DNA of 53,492 bases from Callorhinchus milii. Lineage: Eukaryota. Below, piece by piece: positions 25,201 to 40,200 of this stretch. The notes below the pieces were generated by a model. It was not told the DNA's origin and ran no database searches. It saw only the letters and a list, made by a program, of their open reading frames with translations. The stretch covers positions 1 to 53,492 of the forward strand of contig NW_024705337.1 of the NCBI RefSeq assembly GCF_018977255.1, written 5' to 3'. Position 1 is the stretch's first letter, and every line of letters starts with the position of its first letter. Position numbers and translations under genes: made by a program.

Positions 25201-28200
25201 AAGTTGACCCGGAGTTTAGCGCACCCGGAGTAGATTTCAGACGACAAATGCTAATGGGTGTAACGTACCATCCTGGGTAGAGTTCTCTTAGCACCGCGCA
25301 GTCACTGGAGTATGAAGGTAGAAAACGTACTGGACGGAGGAAGGCGTATCCTGGTCATTTTCAAGCCACTTGACCTGCCTCGTTCGAGTCTACCTTGATG
25401 AGCGAGGAGTCAAATATCCATGTAATGGCTTATCAGGTACTATCGACACGTTTCCAGCTCCTCTGGTGAGGACGAGTTGACTCCGTTAGATCGCTCAGGA
25501 TGACGATGTCACGCACTTTGACGAGTGAATATGCTAGCTTGGGCCCTAAGTCAAACACGAGCTCAGTGTGTAACGAAAGCTAAGTAACTACTGACGTACG
25601 CTGGGACTTGCAGTCATGCAAGCCGCACCTTCCCAATTGTGTGAGGCGCGTGGAACAGTCCTTCAGGCATCGCGGCGATGTGTGATCTGGACACGCGGGC
25701 TGTAAGTACCGAGAGGCTCAATGGTCATACCTTTGGCAAAATCACCGGGATCCGAAGGAGCCGGGGTAGTGGCTGCAGCTCCATCTTCCTTCCACGACAA
25801 CTCAAATCGGACCCAGATACTATGAGCGTAACATACAGAGAAAAGCGACTGTGGAAGGATATACATAGGGTATCCAGGAACTCAGACCCTATTGTCAAGC
25901 TTCAATGCGCGAATCTACCCTTTCCCGAGTGCGTCGGCTTGTACATAGGGACTATGCCTACATTGGAGTAGGTTCCTCAAAGATCACCATGGCTCATACG
26001 CTCACAACTGTAGACTTGAATTGGGAATTGACTTGTCTACTAGTCCTACCAGTAGGGTGGCAAGCAAGCCGTGGGATGGAGGGGGGTGTTAGAACCAATG
26101 CACGCGGGCAGTAGTGTCCAGGTAGGAACGTGTGGGCACTGTTTGGGTTTAGGATACCCTTGGATCGTTACCTTCATTGTGATAGAGTCTTAATGACTCG
26201 GCAATGTAATAAATCATTCAGATCGGCGCGTCTGTGAGCTACGCAACCTAACAAGATGCGCAACGCCTTGCTGCCTTAGACCGGTCATTAGAGCGCCCCG
26301 TGTTCTAATTACTTTACCTTGGGTATCCACTACCTTTCGTTAATTAGATATGAAGCTGCCGCGACAACTTTACGAGGGTCCGATAGGATCTACGTACAGT
26401 CGCATGATCTAATCAATGAGTAGCCTAAATAAGGTTGACAGTGAGGGCACCAGATTCTACTTCACTAAGAGAATGCCAATTCGATTCTGTGTCGTCATGT
26501 AATTCTTAAGCTGGGAAGGACTGTATTAAGGTGATCGATATGATGCAGAATACAGGAACAGAACATGGAGGTTCGACCGCTGATGGGGAAATGTCCCTGT
26601 TTACTTTGGGATCGACAGTGCGTTACAAAAGTATCGAAACGCAACGCAGATCTGGAGTATAATGCACCATCGCGAAATGTCCCTGGAGGCTGTCAATGAG
26701 CCACAGTTGATTCCGCGATAATTTCTTGTTATGGAGGAGACTAAGGGCATCTTACTATATGGACGCATCTCTCGCTCTTACAGAGCACGCGAGCGTTTCT
26801 AGTCGGTGTCAATCGGAGCAATAAAGCTGTATTACCCGGGGGACTCTTCGAATCTTTTGTGAGTTAGATGCGATTGACATAGGTTCGTGTGTCTCACGTG
26901 TCTTTACACCCGTGACCGGCCTACGGTAAATTAGTTTTCACCCAACCTTATGCCACAGCATGGAACTAATCATTGAGTGCTAGTTTGCGGAAAGAACGGA
27001 GTACACCCCGACCATTGGCCGAGTCGACGATCATCTCGAGACGCGGTAGCGTCATGAATTCCCGGTATCACTGCTTGGAATTTGGTAGTCTGGACACTCG
27101 CAATCCGGGGAGAAATGATTAATTACTAAAGTTTCTGCTCATACAGACTACACACGGGATCAAACGGGGTGCTTGCCAGTTCTCTGCATGATCAGAAGCA
27201 GATCGTATGCACCATGACCTCTCAGGAGGAATCTCTATCGCGTGCTTCTCTAATTTCCCTTGGGGATTGGACGCATTAAGTCATGCCTGGAAGATACGTA
27301 TACCCCTTAATTGCCTGACCTGGTCGCAATAAGAGGAATGCTCGGGGGCATCTGCAGCCGGCAGGTAAGATCTCCCTCGATCCAATATCACATCAGGCTT
27401 GGCCCTGAGTTGCACCCGAATATTTACGGTAATTAACATCTTGCTATGTTATTCCCGCCATGGACGACATTCCATTGGTTAATTATATGAACATATGTAT
27501 GCCACAAAGCGACGTATTGGGTGGGAAGCGGTGGCCTAGCTTCCGTGGGGGTTTATTGTCGAAGAGCCTCTACAGCCAAGTATTCCCTCTATTTTAGTAA
27601 AGCAAAATGACTAATTGCGGAACGCATAGTTAGAATACGTGGTTCAGGCCGAAGCAAGAAATTGTGCAAATAGTCCCAAATACCACGTGCGTCTATCAGA
27701 TGCTTATTAGGGCACTACAGTACGTTGCCATACTCATGCCTGACGCGTCTAGATTTGTTTGTAGATAATCCTCCCTCATCTGTGCGTAAGCGGGACGGGG
27801 GTCCTCATTATAGTCGAATCCGGCTTATATACTACGGATCGAGTGTCCTAAACTAGCACGATGACATTTGTGTCCCTCCCAGGTCTCTGCACAAAGACCC
27901 CCATGTTGCGCTGCAACAAACATATACTACTTGAGATCTGTTGTTATGTAGATGTCAGATAAGGGTTTTACTCCGGAACTGTGTTTCTAGGGCTCACTAT
28001 AGGCTTGGACGCATGCTTAAAGTCGCGACGTATTGTAGCGTATTATCTTTCCCCCTACACCGGTCAGGCGGTAGTTTCGAAGGGGCCTGCACGACTACTA
28101 TGCATGACTACCGAGGCACAATGGCGCCTCATCTGTCAAACCTCATGTAGAATCTGCTGTTGGTTCGTCCGGCGTTGGGATTGGGCCTGAAAAAGTTGGC

Positions 28201-31200
28201 TCTGGCGACTCAGTCACGATGGAATGTAATACTGGACTTCCCTACTGTGGTGAAGTTTCAACTGTGCTAAGATGGAGGGAGATAACGGGTTCCTACATAT
28301 AGACGAGGCTTAAGGTCTATGACCCCTTCATGTTTACCGCTCACGAAATGCTGCCTCGCCTTTAGGATGGCTTAGACCGACCCTTTAGAGTTGCACGGAA
28401 ATCTGGTCGCCTATCTTTGTTCATTGCCATTGTATCTGGGTCACACCTAGTTAAAAAATAAATGCATCTGCTAGTTGATGCGGGTATCCCTCGAGTTAAG
28501 CTATGCACAGGCCCTGTTTAGGGATATCTGTTTGTATGTTCGCTTACGTGTAAGAGTGCGAATCAGTCAGTGAAGATTTCCCGTAGGACATTACCTAAAA
28601 TTATTCATACATACTACCCATGCTGATACGGCCAAATTAATCATTAACACTGGCGGCGATTAGATACGTGCACGTTTAGAAATGGTTGCCTTGCCCGTAG
28701 CTGACCCTACCGCTGGGAATTGAACCCTACGTGCAATTGCAGCGCCTAAAACTTTGTTTGCTCTAGTATACATCCGAGAAAGCTTGACCTACCCTGTGAC
28801 GAACGAAACAAATTATCCCAGAGAAAAGCGTCGCGGATCATACAAGCCATTTCTCGATAACACCGTTTTATATGTCCCAGTGAATCCTGTAGATATCTAA
28901 TGCGGTAAGAGCGGGATACAAATAGGTGAAAGGAGCAACCGCCTATTGTGTACCTCTCGCGATGGCGTTGATTGTTTGCAACCTTACTCATGGGGAGCTC
29001 GTCGAGTTTCTGGTGTGACCGGTCTTACCTACTTCGCTACAGCTTCCAAGGGTGCTCGCATTATCTCTCACCGACGCTGTCAGGAAGTACGTATCCACCG
29101 CAACAGTAAGTAGGGCCTGGAATGAAAACATGGTGAAACTAGCTAGCAGGCGCCGAGTAGTCGGTAATTGCGAGCTAATACTCTTGCCCTTACCCTGAAT
29201 GTGGTCGGGCTCCGCCCCAGACTTAGGCTCGCTTCCCACAATAGATTAGCAGCTATCCGGCGTTAGCACACTGTACCTTCGCCTACCGTGTCGGCCTTAC
29301 AGATTTTTCACCGTACAGCTCAGTTCGAACCCACTATATAAGGCTTCTTCATTTACCGTAGGTTAAGGTGTCATCTCAGTAGGGTGAACTGCGAGGACAC
29401 GGCTCACTAGAGTCGCCGCTGTTAAGCCCTTCAGGCGGGCATCCTTGAGACAACGCCACAAGGCTGGTCCTAACGGTGCATAGATACGGGATCTGTTGCG
29501 ATGAAATGGGTGCCCTTAAATGTGATGCCGAGAGTGTTTATATATCTTTACGGTGGGGTTCACGTCAAAAAATAATTTCTAAGTGTCCATTAGGAGTTCG
29601 AATATAGAATAGGTATCTCAAAACCGCAAGAGTTCCAGGCGACATCTTAGACTCGCCGCATGATTTTCTACCGTTATGTCCCAAATTGACGCCGGTCACC
29701 TAGATCGTACCGGAGTCGATTGTGCCGCTCAACAACCCCTCTGGATGCTCACCCGTGAAGTTCGAACCCGATGCTATCTCCTAGGGATAAGACATGCCCC
29801 GCTGGCCTATAGTTTTGCATACTGAAACTATGATAATCGAAGACGCAGCGGCTCGACGGAATTTAGGGACAAGATAATTGCTGTAAGGGTCCATGTTTTG
29901 ATTCCCCAGCTTGACCCGATCGTGTGCGCGCAAATGGGAGGTCCCTACATGTCCAGGCAATCAAAATGCCTTAAACAAACTAGAGCGATAATCTCGATGC
30001 GGTGTAATCGCGGGAACCAGTACCGGCAAACCTGGGTACTGCTTATGCCTGTTGGCGATGTTCAATGCTGCTGTCAAAGACCGCCTGGTTCAGGGGTTTG
30101 TCTTCAAAGTAGGTCACATTTCGCCAGGACGGATTCCTGTAGCCACGGCTCAGCTTATGTTTATAATTTGTTTATTGCTGAGGCGAGCGAACTCGCGAGA
30201 TGAGAGAAATAGTATTAATCGGTCATTGAGTGTCGGTGCCAGTCCATGTGTGACTGCCAGATTAGCTTCTCTTGTATGTCAGCGGTTTGACGGAGCCTGA
30301 TTAGTTATACCCCGCTCGCATGTGGAACGTCATCGGGTAGCTGTGAGGTCTTACCATTTCTGCAGTCCTCTACGGTACCCATCAATCCGTTTCACTTTTT
30401 CGTATGTGGGTTCTTTTCTCGTACTCTGGATTTAACACGAAAACGCCAGGCCCATAAGTAATGTTATTTCCCCTAATAGGCTCATGTCGACATGTCTGTG
30501 TCCAGTAAATGTAGCGATCAGTTTGAACAATCGCCCAGGAGTCATTAGGCTTTAAAGGGACTGCCAAGGGAGGACATGGGCCCTGCGATCTTGGTTCCTA
30601 TGCAGGGCCGAGAATTTAAATGCTCCTTAATAGGCACACCGGTGTGGTGCATCAATTATCCAAAGAGAAACGCCGCACTACGGCTCTATCCGTGGTCATA
30701 CCCTCAGCGTTATTCAGGGCTCTTCGGGAATAAAACACAATGCTGACACTCTTAAACTCTGACACTCGGCAGCAGGGAACGTTAGCGCACAATTGAGATT
30801 ACCTTACTCTTCCTGAGAACGTAGAGACGTTAGTTTTCCAGGGCCCTAAGAAAGATTCTCAGCTTGGGCGATGGAACCAAAGATTTCGGAGAACTTAAGT
30901 AATCGCCGGTGGAAGTACTCCTCTACGTTCGAGAATCGTCCCCAGATAGTAAAGCAACGGTCTATCCCTGCAACTTTAATTTAATCAGGAGGGGTCGGGT
31001 ATCCTGGCAAACTCACGACCACGGAATCGGTAATTATTGAGAAAATACCATCGACACCTAATACTACCTATCAAGCCAGACTCGGGACTAGCATAGATAC
31101 CATTAAACCAAGAACACAAGTTTCGGGGGTCACATGTGTTAATTTGACCTCTGACACGGTGCTAAGCATCACTCAGGTTAACACTGCGGAGGCCTTGTAA

Positions 31201-34200
31201 TCGATCCCGTTGTATGCTGGGCATAACTAGACTGAGACTTTTGGACTTCAGTCTATTGTCGTGCAGCGGAAAAACCTCCCGTAAGACCACGTTTGGCCCC
31301 GAGACATTAACGCTTAGACTAGCAACTTACCGTGGACCAAGTGTTTCACCGACGACGTGCTGGATACTATCACCGAGGGACGCAACCAGATTGGAATGGA
31401 GGTAAAGGCTTGCAGCGTTGAGTGACACAGAGAGGAGGTGAATGTGGACTATTGATATCGGCTTTTAAAAAATTGGCACCTTTTGTATGGGCGCCACGTC
31501 TAAATATACTTGTTTATGTACGCCTCCCCGCGATAACCAGGTGGAAGTCAGAACTTTATAGCCGTCTCGGGTGATAGGTAGAGATAGCGGGATGCCGGTT
31601 ACAAAAGTCTACATTCAGCCATGGTAACGTGCGAGTCTTTAGGATATGACATCAGGACGGGGGAATAGAATTGCCTTGACACCGAGCCCAGAGTCTATAG
31701 CATCAGCACGATGCTATGGACTGTAAAATAGCTGGACGGATGACCGGTTAGGGCTCAAACATATACTTAACTGCTGTGATTTCTAACGTGGGCCCTAGTC
31801 GTGGGAGCACCCCATCAGTGTGTAGTTGAGAGGAGCGTCTCTAGCACGGTCTGCGTTCAGTATTTCCTCACTTCACCTGCGTTTGAAGCCGCAGCACTGA
31901 TCGTCCGGGCTCTAAGCTAAGGATTCTAATGCTTTACCGTACTCGGACCTGCCTTCCTAGCAATAACGTGGACTGGTATCTGACACTGTTAGTATGCGCT
32001 GGGGTGGCCCATGAAGCACTACATATGAAACATGGTAAAGGAATTGTCTACTCCACCAAGCGATGATCTATGGTCTCAAAGTGTCGGGGAAGAGGGCCTG
32101 CTAAGTCCCACTAGTTGGGTCAAAGTTTCACCAACCTCGGCGCACGGGCGGTCCATAACGTTGCGGAAACTGCAGGAGTATATAATCGACATGAGCAAGT
32201 AGGCTACCGCTAGTTTAGCCGAGTTACAATCACGTGTTCCCTTGAGTCTCGCCATATCCTCACCAGCATTTGAGCGTCGGGCGTAATCGCAGTGAGCTCG
32301 GGGTACGATTTCTGGGATTAGCCGGGCGTCGTACGCATCACATGCGATACAATTCCAGAGGTAGCAAGACCTACGAACTCCATGAGGACCCATTTCTCAA
32401 TGTAGCGGGAGGCCTGAGTGAAACGGACCACTCGGACAACCCGGTTCAGTTTGACAGTAACTGCCTTTTCCCCAGGTGATCATGTAAGCACTACTATGAG
32501 ACGGTGAGTTGCCAGCTTGTCCATATTTACCAACCGAGCAATAGAGAAGTTGCTTCCGCTTCTACTATCGCTGTTCCAACGATCATATTTTTATCTACGC
32601 TAAGTATTGCGCATTGGGATTCTTGCTAGACCTGTTTGAACTATACGAGTCGATACTTAATCTGGCCAGCGGACATACCCATGGTTTATCTAATCGCAGA
32701 CTATATCTAACATACAGACGCGTACAGACCAATGTCTCAAAAGCGGCTAGAACCTGATCGTATGACCATAATATCTTTAGTTCGAGTGGTTTGGTACGTC
32801 ACCTACAGCACACTCAGAACGAGATCGAGCGACGATAGAAGCTGTGGTTCAGGTTCAGCGCCTGCTCCAGGTGGGCTTGTCCTCCATCCACTGATAATTC
32901 AGCCGGGCTCGAGGGAGTCCTCTCAGCGACACACGAGGCACGCTCGCCGTTTTCCAATAGTTTATTCGTCGGTTGGAGATTGGTAACGTGGCCACTCTCT
33001 CTACGACGAAAAGCAATCAGGGTCTGGGCAATGTGGTGACCCGAGCAGACCTAACCAGTGTGAATACTTGTCTATTTGACGACAACAAAGATGTATGCAT
33101 CGACATGCATCAGTCAACCTCATCTATAGGGATTAGAGGGTAAAGGCCTAGAAAACACATGACACTACCAGTTGAAGCTCCGCAGAATGTAAAATACAAT
33201 TTGTTGGATTGGGACTCGGCTCTGGAAGCAGACGTGATCGAGTAAGCTGGCCTCGCACATCCCCCGATCCCACCGGTGAGGTTTAACAAGCTACGGCCGT
33301 ACCTGCCCTTAATGATTTACACGCACTAATGTTTGTGCGCAGGTCGCCATAAGTCTTATTACCCAGGAATTTGATAATACGTCGCCAGCAATACCGGACT
33401 AAAGGGTCGTCAGTAACGTTTTGTGTATCCGTATGAACCGACTAAATACCCTAAGTTTCCCAAACAAGCTTCGTTGTATCGGGATCAAGCGATAAACTCG
33501 ACGTAATAGGCTTGCACGGGTTAGTCCTCATATGAGTATATTTAGTAACTACATTCTGGATGCATCCCGGGTCCGGAACTTTTGTATTTGCGTTTTATCA
33601 TCTGCGGCGGGGCGGCCCACGATGATCAGGCAAACGAGTCCGGTAGCGACGCTGAGCCCGGAACGTATCGCCCGTCCATTTGGGCGGGCTCCAATGTGAC
33701 AAGATAATATCATTTGCCGACTGCAGTGTTTGGGCAAATTGGGGCCGAACTTCTTGGGCAAGTCCATCTAGATCACAACGTGAAGCTATAACGCGAGCCA
33801 TACATGAAACGTGTCCAGCCGCTTTGTTATGGGATTAATAGTGCAGGCGCACGGTTGCTCCCACACGGAGACCACATTCAATCAAGCAGAGGTGCAGCAA
33901 TAGGATGTCCATATGCTAGACGCGCCAATAGGTACTCCGTGAGATTACGTATACTCTATCTTCAGCCTTGCCTCATGAAGCCACGTTAATGCCCACTTCG
34001 GAATACGACGCGCAAGGCGCTCGATGGTATAAGGCATTAGATAAGTACTAGGATCAACCCCTTCTCTCGTTCAATATTGTAAAGTGAAAATAAGGGCGGC
34101 TCACGGGATTAAACGCCTCTCTCCCCTACGCCAGAGTACTGCGTCCGGCTTCAGTACACGGTTCCTAAAAATCTCAGCGTTGAGGTGGACAAACATACAC

Positions 34201-37200
34201 CCGACCCAACTACTGGTAGAACCCTACCCCTGAGACTCTTAATGTGGTTTCAGTCTGCATCCGGGGCTATTATAGAGGCCTTGAAGCTAATATTGCGAAT
34301 CCGTTACGACTCCTACTATTGTTCCTCTTTATACATGAGCGGCCATGGAATTGAAGCGTTACGACTGAAGAGGGTCTATCTTACGCATCTCGTCGGCGAT
34401 ATGAACTAATAGCCAAAGGTTCTTTATTCGTTCCGCTGTGACCCGCGAGTTAAAAATGTAGTAGCAGTGACAAAATCTCTGTAACCGTGCAGGCGACTAG
34501 GCGGGAAACTCGCCGAGCACATACTAGGCTTATACTATCGACACACAGTTTCCCTTCTAGGCGCCTGAAATGGTATCTCCAGGGTAAAAGATGAGGAAAA
34601 AAGTTTGGAAACGTCTTAGCCAATAGCTAAGACAAGACAAATCCGCGTCCACTCACGCGGCATAGTTTGTCGAACATATCGGATGAATACCCACCAAGTA
34701 AAGAGACTGACCGGTGTGCACACAATCAATAATACTTAGTTGAGTCGGGGAAACGGTTCACTAGATGAAGACTACTTGTGATTTTCCGTAACCCATGGGA
34801 GATGAAATACATTTAACCGCTGGGCGAGTCAGATTTTCACGACCGCCACTCTCTAGCCCGCGACATTGGTCCACCTCCATCTCGTAGGGCAGGCTCTGTC
34901 CCCGGTCACCTTCGTACTCAAAGTATCGGACTTGCTATCTCACCAAAGCCAATATTAAGACCACTCCCTCTTTCTATATGCACTGAGTCGCCGCCTTTGA
35001 TACAGATTTACAGGGGAGCTTTCAGTATTACCCTGAAGGTAGATTAGTCACCCCATAATAAATCGTTAAAAACGATCCCATCATAGTCTAAGGGTTACAC
35101 CTCGATCATAACCCATGACCGTAACGGCCCTATGAATCTAAGACCAGATGTCACCCCACTGTTGCTCAAGTTGCCCTAGCATCGAACGTAAAACAATTCA
35201 AATAGGCAGTAAGCGGGTGCCGCGTGGCGGGAACCTAGCTACGTTATAGGAGCCGACCTGATACCGCGGGTTAACATACCTCTCTCGTCATAAATAATGG
35301 TCTGGCAAACAGGTTCCTCCCACCAGGGCAGTCTGCTTTTAAGTATATGACCTGCGAATGGCTGTAATTGGTCTCAGAAATCGGGTATTTTTTAAGAAAG
35401 CTGTCACGAAGTCCCCCGTTCAACCGAGAGGCATGTGGTGGGTATAGGGTACTAGCTTAATCCGGACTATGGAGACTCCCCTAAGAAAGATACATATTAT
35501 AGCATTTCCCAGAATACATGGTGGTCTTACCGATAGTGACGTGCCTCCTAGTGTAAAAGTTAAGGGGATTGGTTCCAGTCAATAAATATCATGGTGACTC
35601 TTGTATAATTGTATGGAGGAAGAATCAAGCCGTAACGTGCGAGTTCCCCGAGCTCAGTACAAGTAATTTCCGGCTTGGGTTGGTCCGCCAAAGCCTTCTG
35701 ACAGCATAGAGGAATGGGCGAGGTCGCAGTGGACAACAGACGAGTCTGCCAACTCTCGCGTACGAGGAGTCTGCTGGAGTGCTCGAAAGGAGTCAAGGAA
35801 TGTGCCTGGCGGTGCCTAGACACCTCTAAGTGTACGCCATTCTGTGACCATTTTCGTTCAAACGACTCAACCTGCTAAAGTTACAGTAAGCTCTGTCCCG
35901 GCGGGAAAGTCTGACATTAACAAACTGAGATAATCCAAAATTCCGCGACCGTTAAAGCCGCTACAGCGCCTATTACTGGAATCGAACGCCATTTTGGGGC
36001 TAAATTTCCATCGCCCTGTGTATCCACTCGCGGCGGTATCGTACATCCAGCCATTTCATCCGTATCGTCGTTAACCCTAAACGAGTCCTATCCGGCCCTT
36101 GAAAGTTCAAATCGGATCGCGTATAGATATTACGCGCATTGCTATCAGTTCATAGCGCTTGCACCGAGTCCTTTGGGCAATACACTAACCGTACGGGCGC
36201 GTACTTACACGTGTCAGGAGTGTAAGAGATTGATCGTGTTTAAAACCCGTTCGACCCTGTCGACAATCTCTACAGCCTAAGGTACTCGAGCCCTACTACT
36301 GTAAGAGGGCACGAGGTGGAACAAGCACTTAATATTCACAGGCAGTCCACTTAGCAGACCGCGACATTTGACATCCCGTTCGGCCTGAAGCTCTCTCCTG
36401 CGCGCTGGCATTGGTACGTACAACGTGAATCCCCCACTTAGACAACCTAGCGTAGAGGCCTTCACGTAGCTATGCAGGTATTCATACACAACGGGTCATA
36501 GATTCGTACATTACGCTCAAATGCCGTGAGTCGCCCCCCTATGGGAACCGAGTCAATGCTGAGTGTGGGGGCAAGGCTACGCACGTCGACAAATTTCATT
36601 TCGAAACGAACTCCGGTATACATGAGATTAGCTGCAAGCATCGGGGTATCTTACACCACGTGGCTGGTTTACAGTGTCTATCAATATCCGAGGAAATTTA
36701 GGATGCAGAGGCACGAACCGTACACGTAGATATATTGATGAGTGGCCCTCCGAAGGTTACTAATCGAAGTGCGGGCAGAGGGGCGGGCATGCTGGGGTGG
36801 GCAGGAATTCGTTAAGAATCGCTGTTTCCTATATCATGCTGCCTAGCGGAGGTCCCGGGTGCTCGAGAGGTATGTAAGGCCGGTTGGGACTTAGCAGTAG
36901 TTGTGAGTCATCCATGGCAGTAGAGATTTTACCCGGATATCTACTTCGAACCTTAGGCGACGTACCCTTCCAAGGAACAGAGCTAAGGGTTGTTCGCCAG
37001 CAACGGCCGGCCATGTGCTTGAGAGGACAGCATTTGTTAATGCGACCTTATTCACCAATCCATGACGCCATAGCAAAGAAATTTCCTAGCTTAGAGCTTT
37101 CGCCTTGAGGAGTGCTTAACACAGGTGTTATCTAATGGAACAGGAAGACCGTCGGAAACATGCACTATGTAGGAGCCCGAAATTGATGCGAGGGTGGACA

Positions 37201-40200
37201 AGAAAGGTGTTACAATATTTAAAGCGCGACGGTTTGACGTAACAGCCACCAGAGGTGAATGTTCGCAATACGCACTTTCGCTCAAATGTCGCGCCGTGGG
37301 ACTCGAGTTGAGTAGTTAACCTTGTGGTTGATGACTCTCCGGTCCGCTTCAGTGAATACAACCAGCGGAGCAGGTAGACTGTGTTGTTTCGACACCTCAT
37401 ATTAGGCAGTGCATACCCGGACAAAACACCAGTACTCATTTAGTATACTGAGGTGTCGACAAAGCCTGATACTTTCACAATCATACGGTTATTCATCAAA
37501 CAACCACTTGACCACGTGAAAGATATCACCTTATTGGGAACGGTCGTCGCCGGGGGCGGTCAGCTAAGACAGATGCGAAGTTGCCTATCCCCCCCCGACT
37601 CGGGGATTCCTCGAGGGTGGACCTTTAGGAGCTCAGTAGATCGCAATAGCAGACTGGAAGGGTCTAGAACTATCTCAGATAGAAACCGTTCGGATGGGAT
37701 GAGCTTTGGTGCTTACTATGACGCGCGAAGATAGATAAGGCATTCATCTTCATCCTGACTCTGTTAGAAAAGACTAAAGCGCTCATGGATTGCTCTAACC
37801 GATCCGTCGAAATACGGCATTAGGAGAAGCCGGACAGTGGACAGAGCGGACGGCCTCAGCTAGCGGTCCTACGCAAGTGCTCTTTTTCCTTTTATTAGTC
37901 AAGTATGCTTAGCAAAGCCATGTAAGCGGGGGACTAGAGATATTATAGGGTAACGTGGCCACTAGACTAGACTCATATAGAGTAATAGTACGTTAAGGAT
38001 GCTAATACAATTATGACGTCTGGCCTTTGGTCGCTTTACGGGGCCATACACATCGGGATTGAGATTTGGCGTGAGGGACCGCGTAGTAGTAGACTTCTGC
38101 TACTGGTTGAACGCAAGAGTTGTGTTCCGGGTCCGCCCGCCTCGGCCTTCATCATTTGCCATAACTGCGCCACAAGGCGCCAGAGGAACTAAACGTGGAC
38201 AGGAATGGAAATTCATCGGAATCCCACGAACTCACATCTTGTAGTTATTTGGAACTACGCGCGAGTTCAAGCATGAATGCATGCCGACACTCACGTTTAG
38301 CAAAGGCGAACCGATCCCTACAGCCAAGTCCCATCCCTCGCGTGTGAAATCAAAGCAGGCCGGTTATTCCAGTCGGTTTATATTGCGTCACTGATATCAT
38401 CCTTGATACAATTTAGCGCATTGCTTCCAGCGGAATCCATTCCCGAGCAGGTAGGGCCAGCCTTCATTGGAACAGCGCAACGACGACCATTTAGCGGTTG
38501 ACGCTTCGTAGCGGGGAGTGGAAGAGCAATCCCAACGAATATTAGGGCTTGCCCATGTGGGAATTCATATGCATCCGGAAAAACTATCCATGTGTAAATC
38601 TGACAGGCTTACATTCAATTGCATAAATGGGTAGTGGGGCTAGTAATAGGGTGCTTCACGATTATGTACTTAGAGCTGCTCTCAAAACGTGCCTCCAGGG
38701 TGAATGAATTTACTGCTATTAACGTAGATCGACTAACAGTCCGGATATGCTAGTTATCATCCGTACCCCCACGTCCTTTGGAGCGAAACCGTTTATAGAT
38801 GCATACGAGGAGGCCTACCAAATATCGAACTGACACCTCAAATGCAGTGGGAGTGAATTAGGCACGGATAACAACAGTATAGCTATTACCGCCCTACCTA
38901 TGTTGCTCACATAGCAAAGTCTGGAATCGAGGATAGAAGCCGGCAAAAGATCTACAATAGGTTTACATGACGTTTCATAAGGTATTTGGTGAATACTTAG
39001 ATTCTCAAAGCGTCACATAGGTCCAAATTAGCAGCTACATACGACTACGTCAGCCACAAAACACCCTAATACGATAAATGCTCGCGGCTAGATATGGCCA
39101 TGTTGATTGCCTCTGATCCCCTCGTTAAGTAGACTGGTCTTTCCAGTTGCTCACTCTCTCCAGATTGAATCATCCCGTTGAGCAAAACGACCGGTATAAT
39201 AATCAAAGCTCTAGCGCATCTATACCTGACCAAACCTACAGAGTTCTGAACCCTATTGGGTTGCGATATTCACGACCGCCGTGAAGATTTTGACGGACGC
39301 ACGAACGCCTCCTGAAGTGCTCGAGTAATGCCAATGGCGTAAGCAGGTACATTTCCCTGCATATTCAGGGTTCCGCCGGACGTGGGTTATGGAAAACCTC
39401 GACCTAGCTCCCCTCTAATACGTTCACACTAGTTGAAGTCATTTGGCAGTTGTGACACGTTTGGGTTCGGTGATGCGCTTCGCTAACGACCAGTTGGGCA
39501 AATTATTTTCCAGTATCGTCGATAGGCAGTTAGCTCAACAAAACCTTATGTCCTTAGAAAGAACATATTAGTTAACTACGGCATTCTGAGAGACACAGTG
39601 TGCCTACTATGTGAATCATTTGTGTACTCCGGAGACGTGACGAACCTCTCCGCAGAGCAAGGTAAAGGAAGGTGCCAGCGGCTCGCCGCTCAGTAATTCC
39701 CTAAACATGCAGCAGTTCCGTCTACCATACCATATAATTGTAGAAATACTTACGGGCAGCCTGGAGCTTGCTTCCCGAGCACCTTGACCCTCCCATGTTG
39801 ATAAGCCATCTACTGGCGATACATTCACTCGCCCCCTAATTGACGGCAATACCTTCCTAAAGTGGAAGCTAATACGTGATCCACAATCGCACTGACCGGT
39901 ATTCCGTCAAACAAGGCGTTGTCTTGACGTGAACTGCCTCTTTTGGCGTTCTACGTGAAGAGTGGCTCAGCCTCGGATCGGAACTCAACAGCCTACGGAG
40001 CCCAAACGCCTAACTAGAGTGTTTGCTCATTTATACTCTCAGGTGCTAGTACAAATTGAGATTTAGGCTACTGTTAACGCCCTCTGTTTCTGTCCACCCG
40101 GTCGAGCAGCCGTGCTGAGAGTTGTGAGAACAGTCGGTTAGCTGAAGCGAATGCCTGAAAATCAATAATACCCCAGGTTAATCGTGGCACCCACTACTCC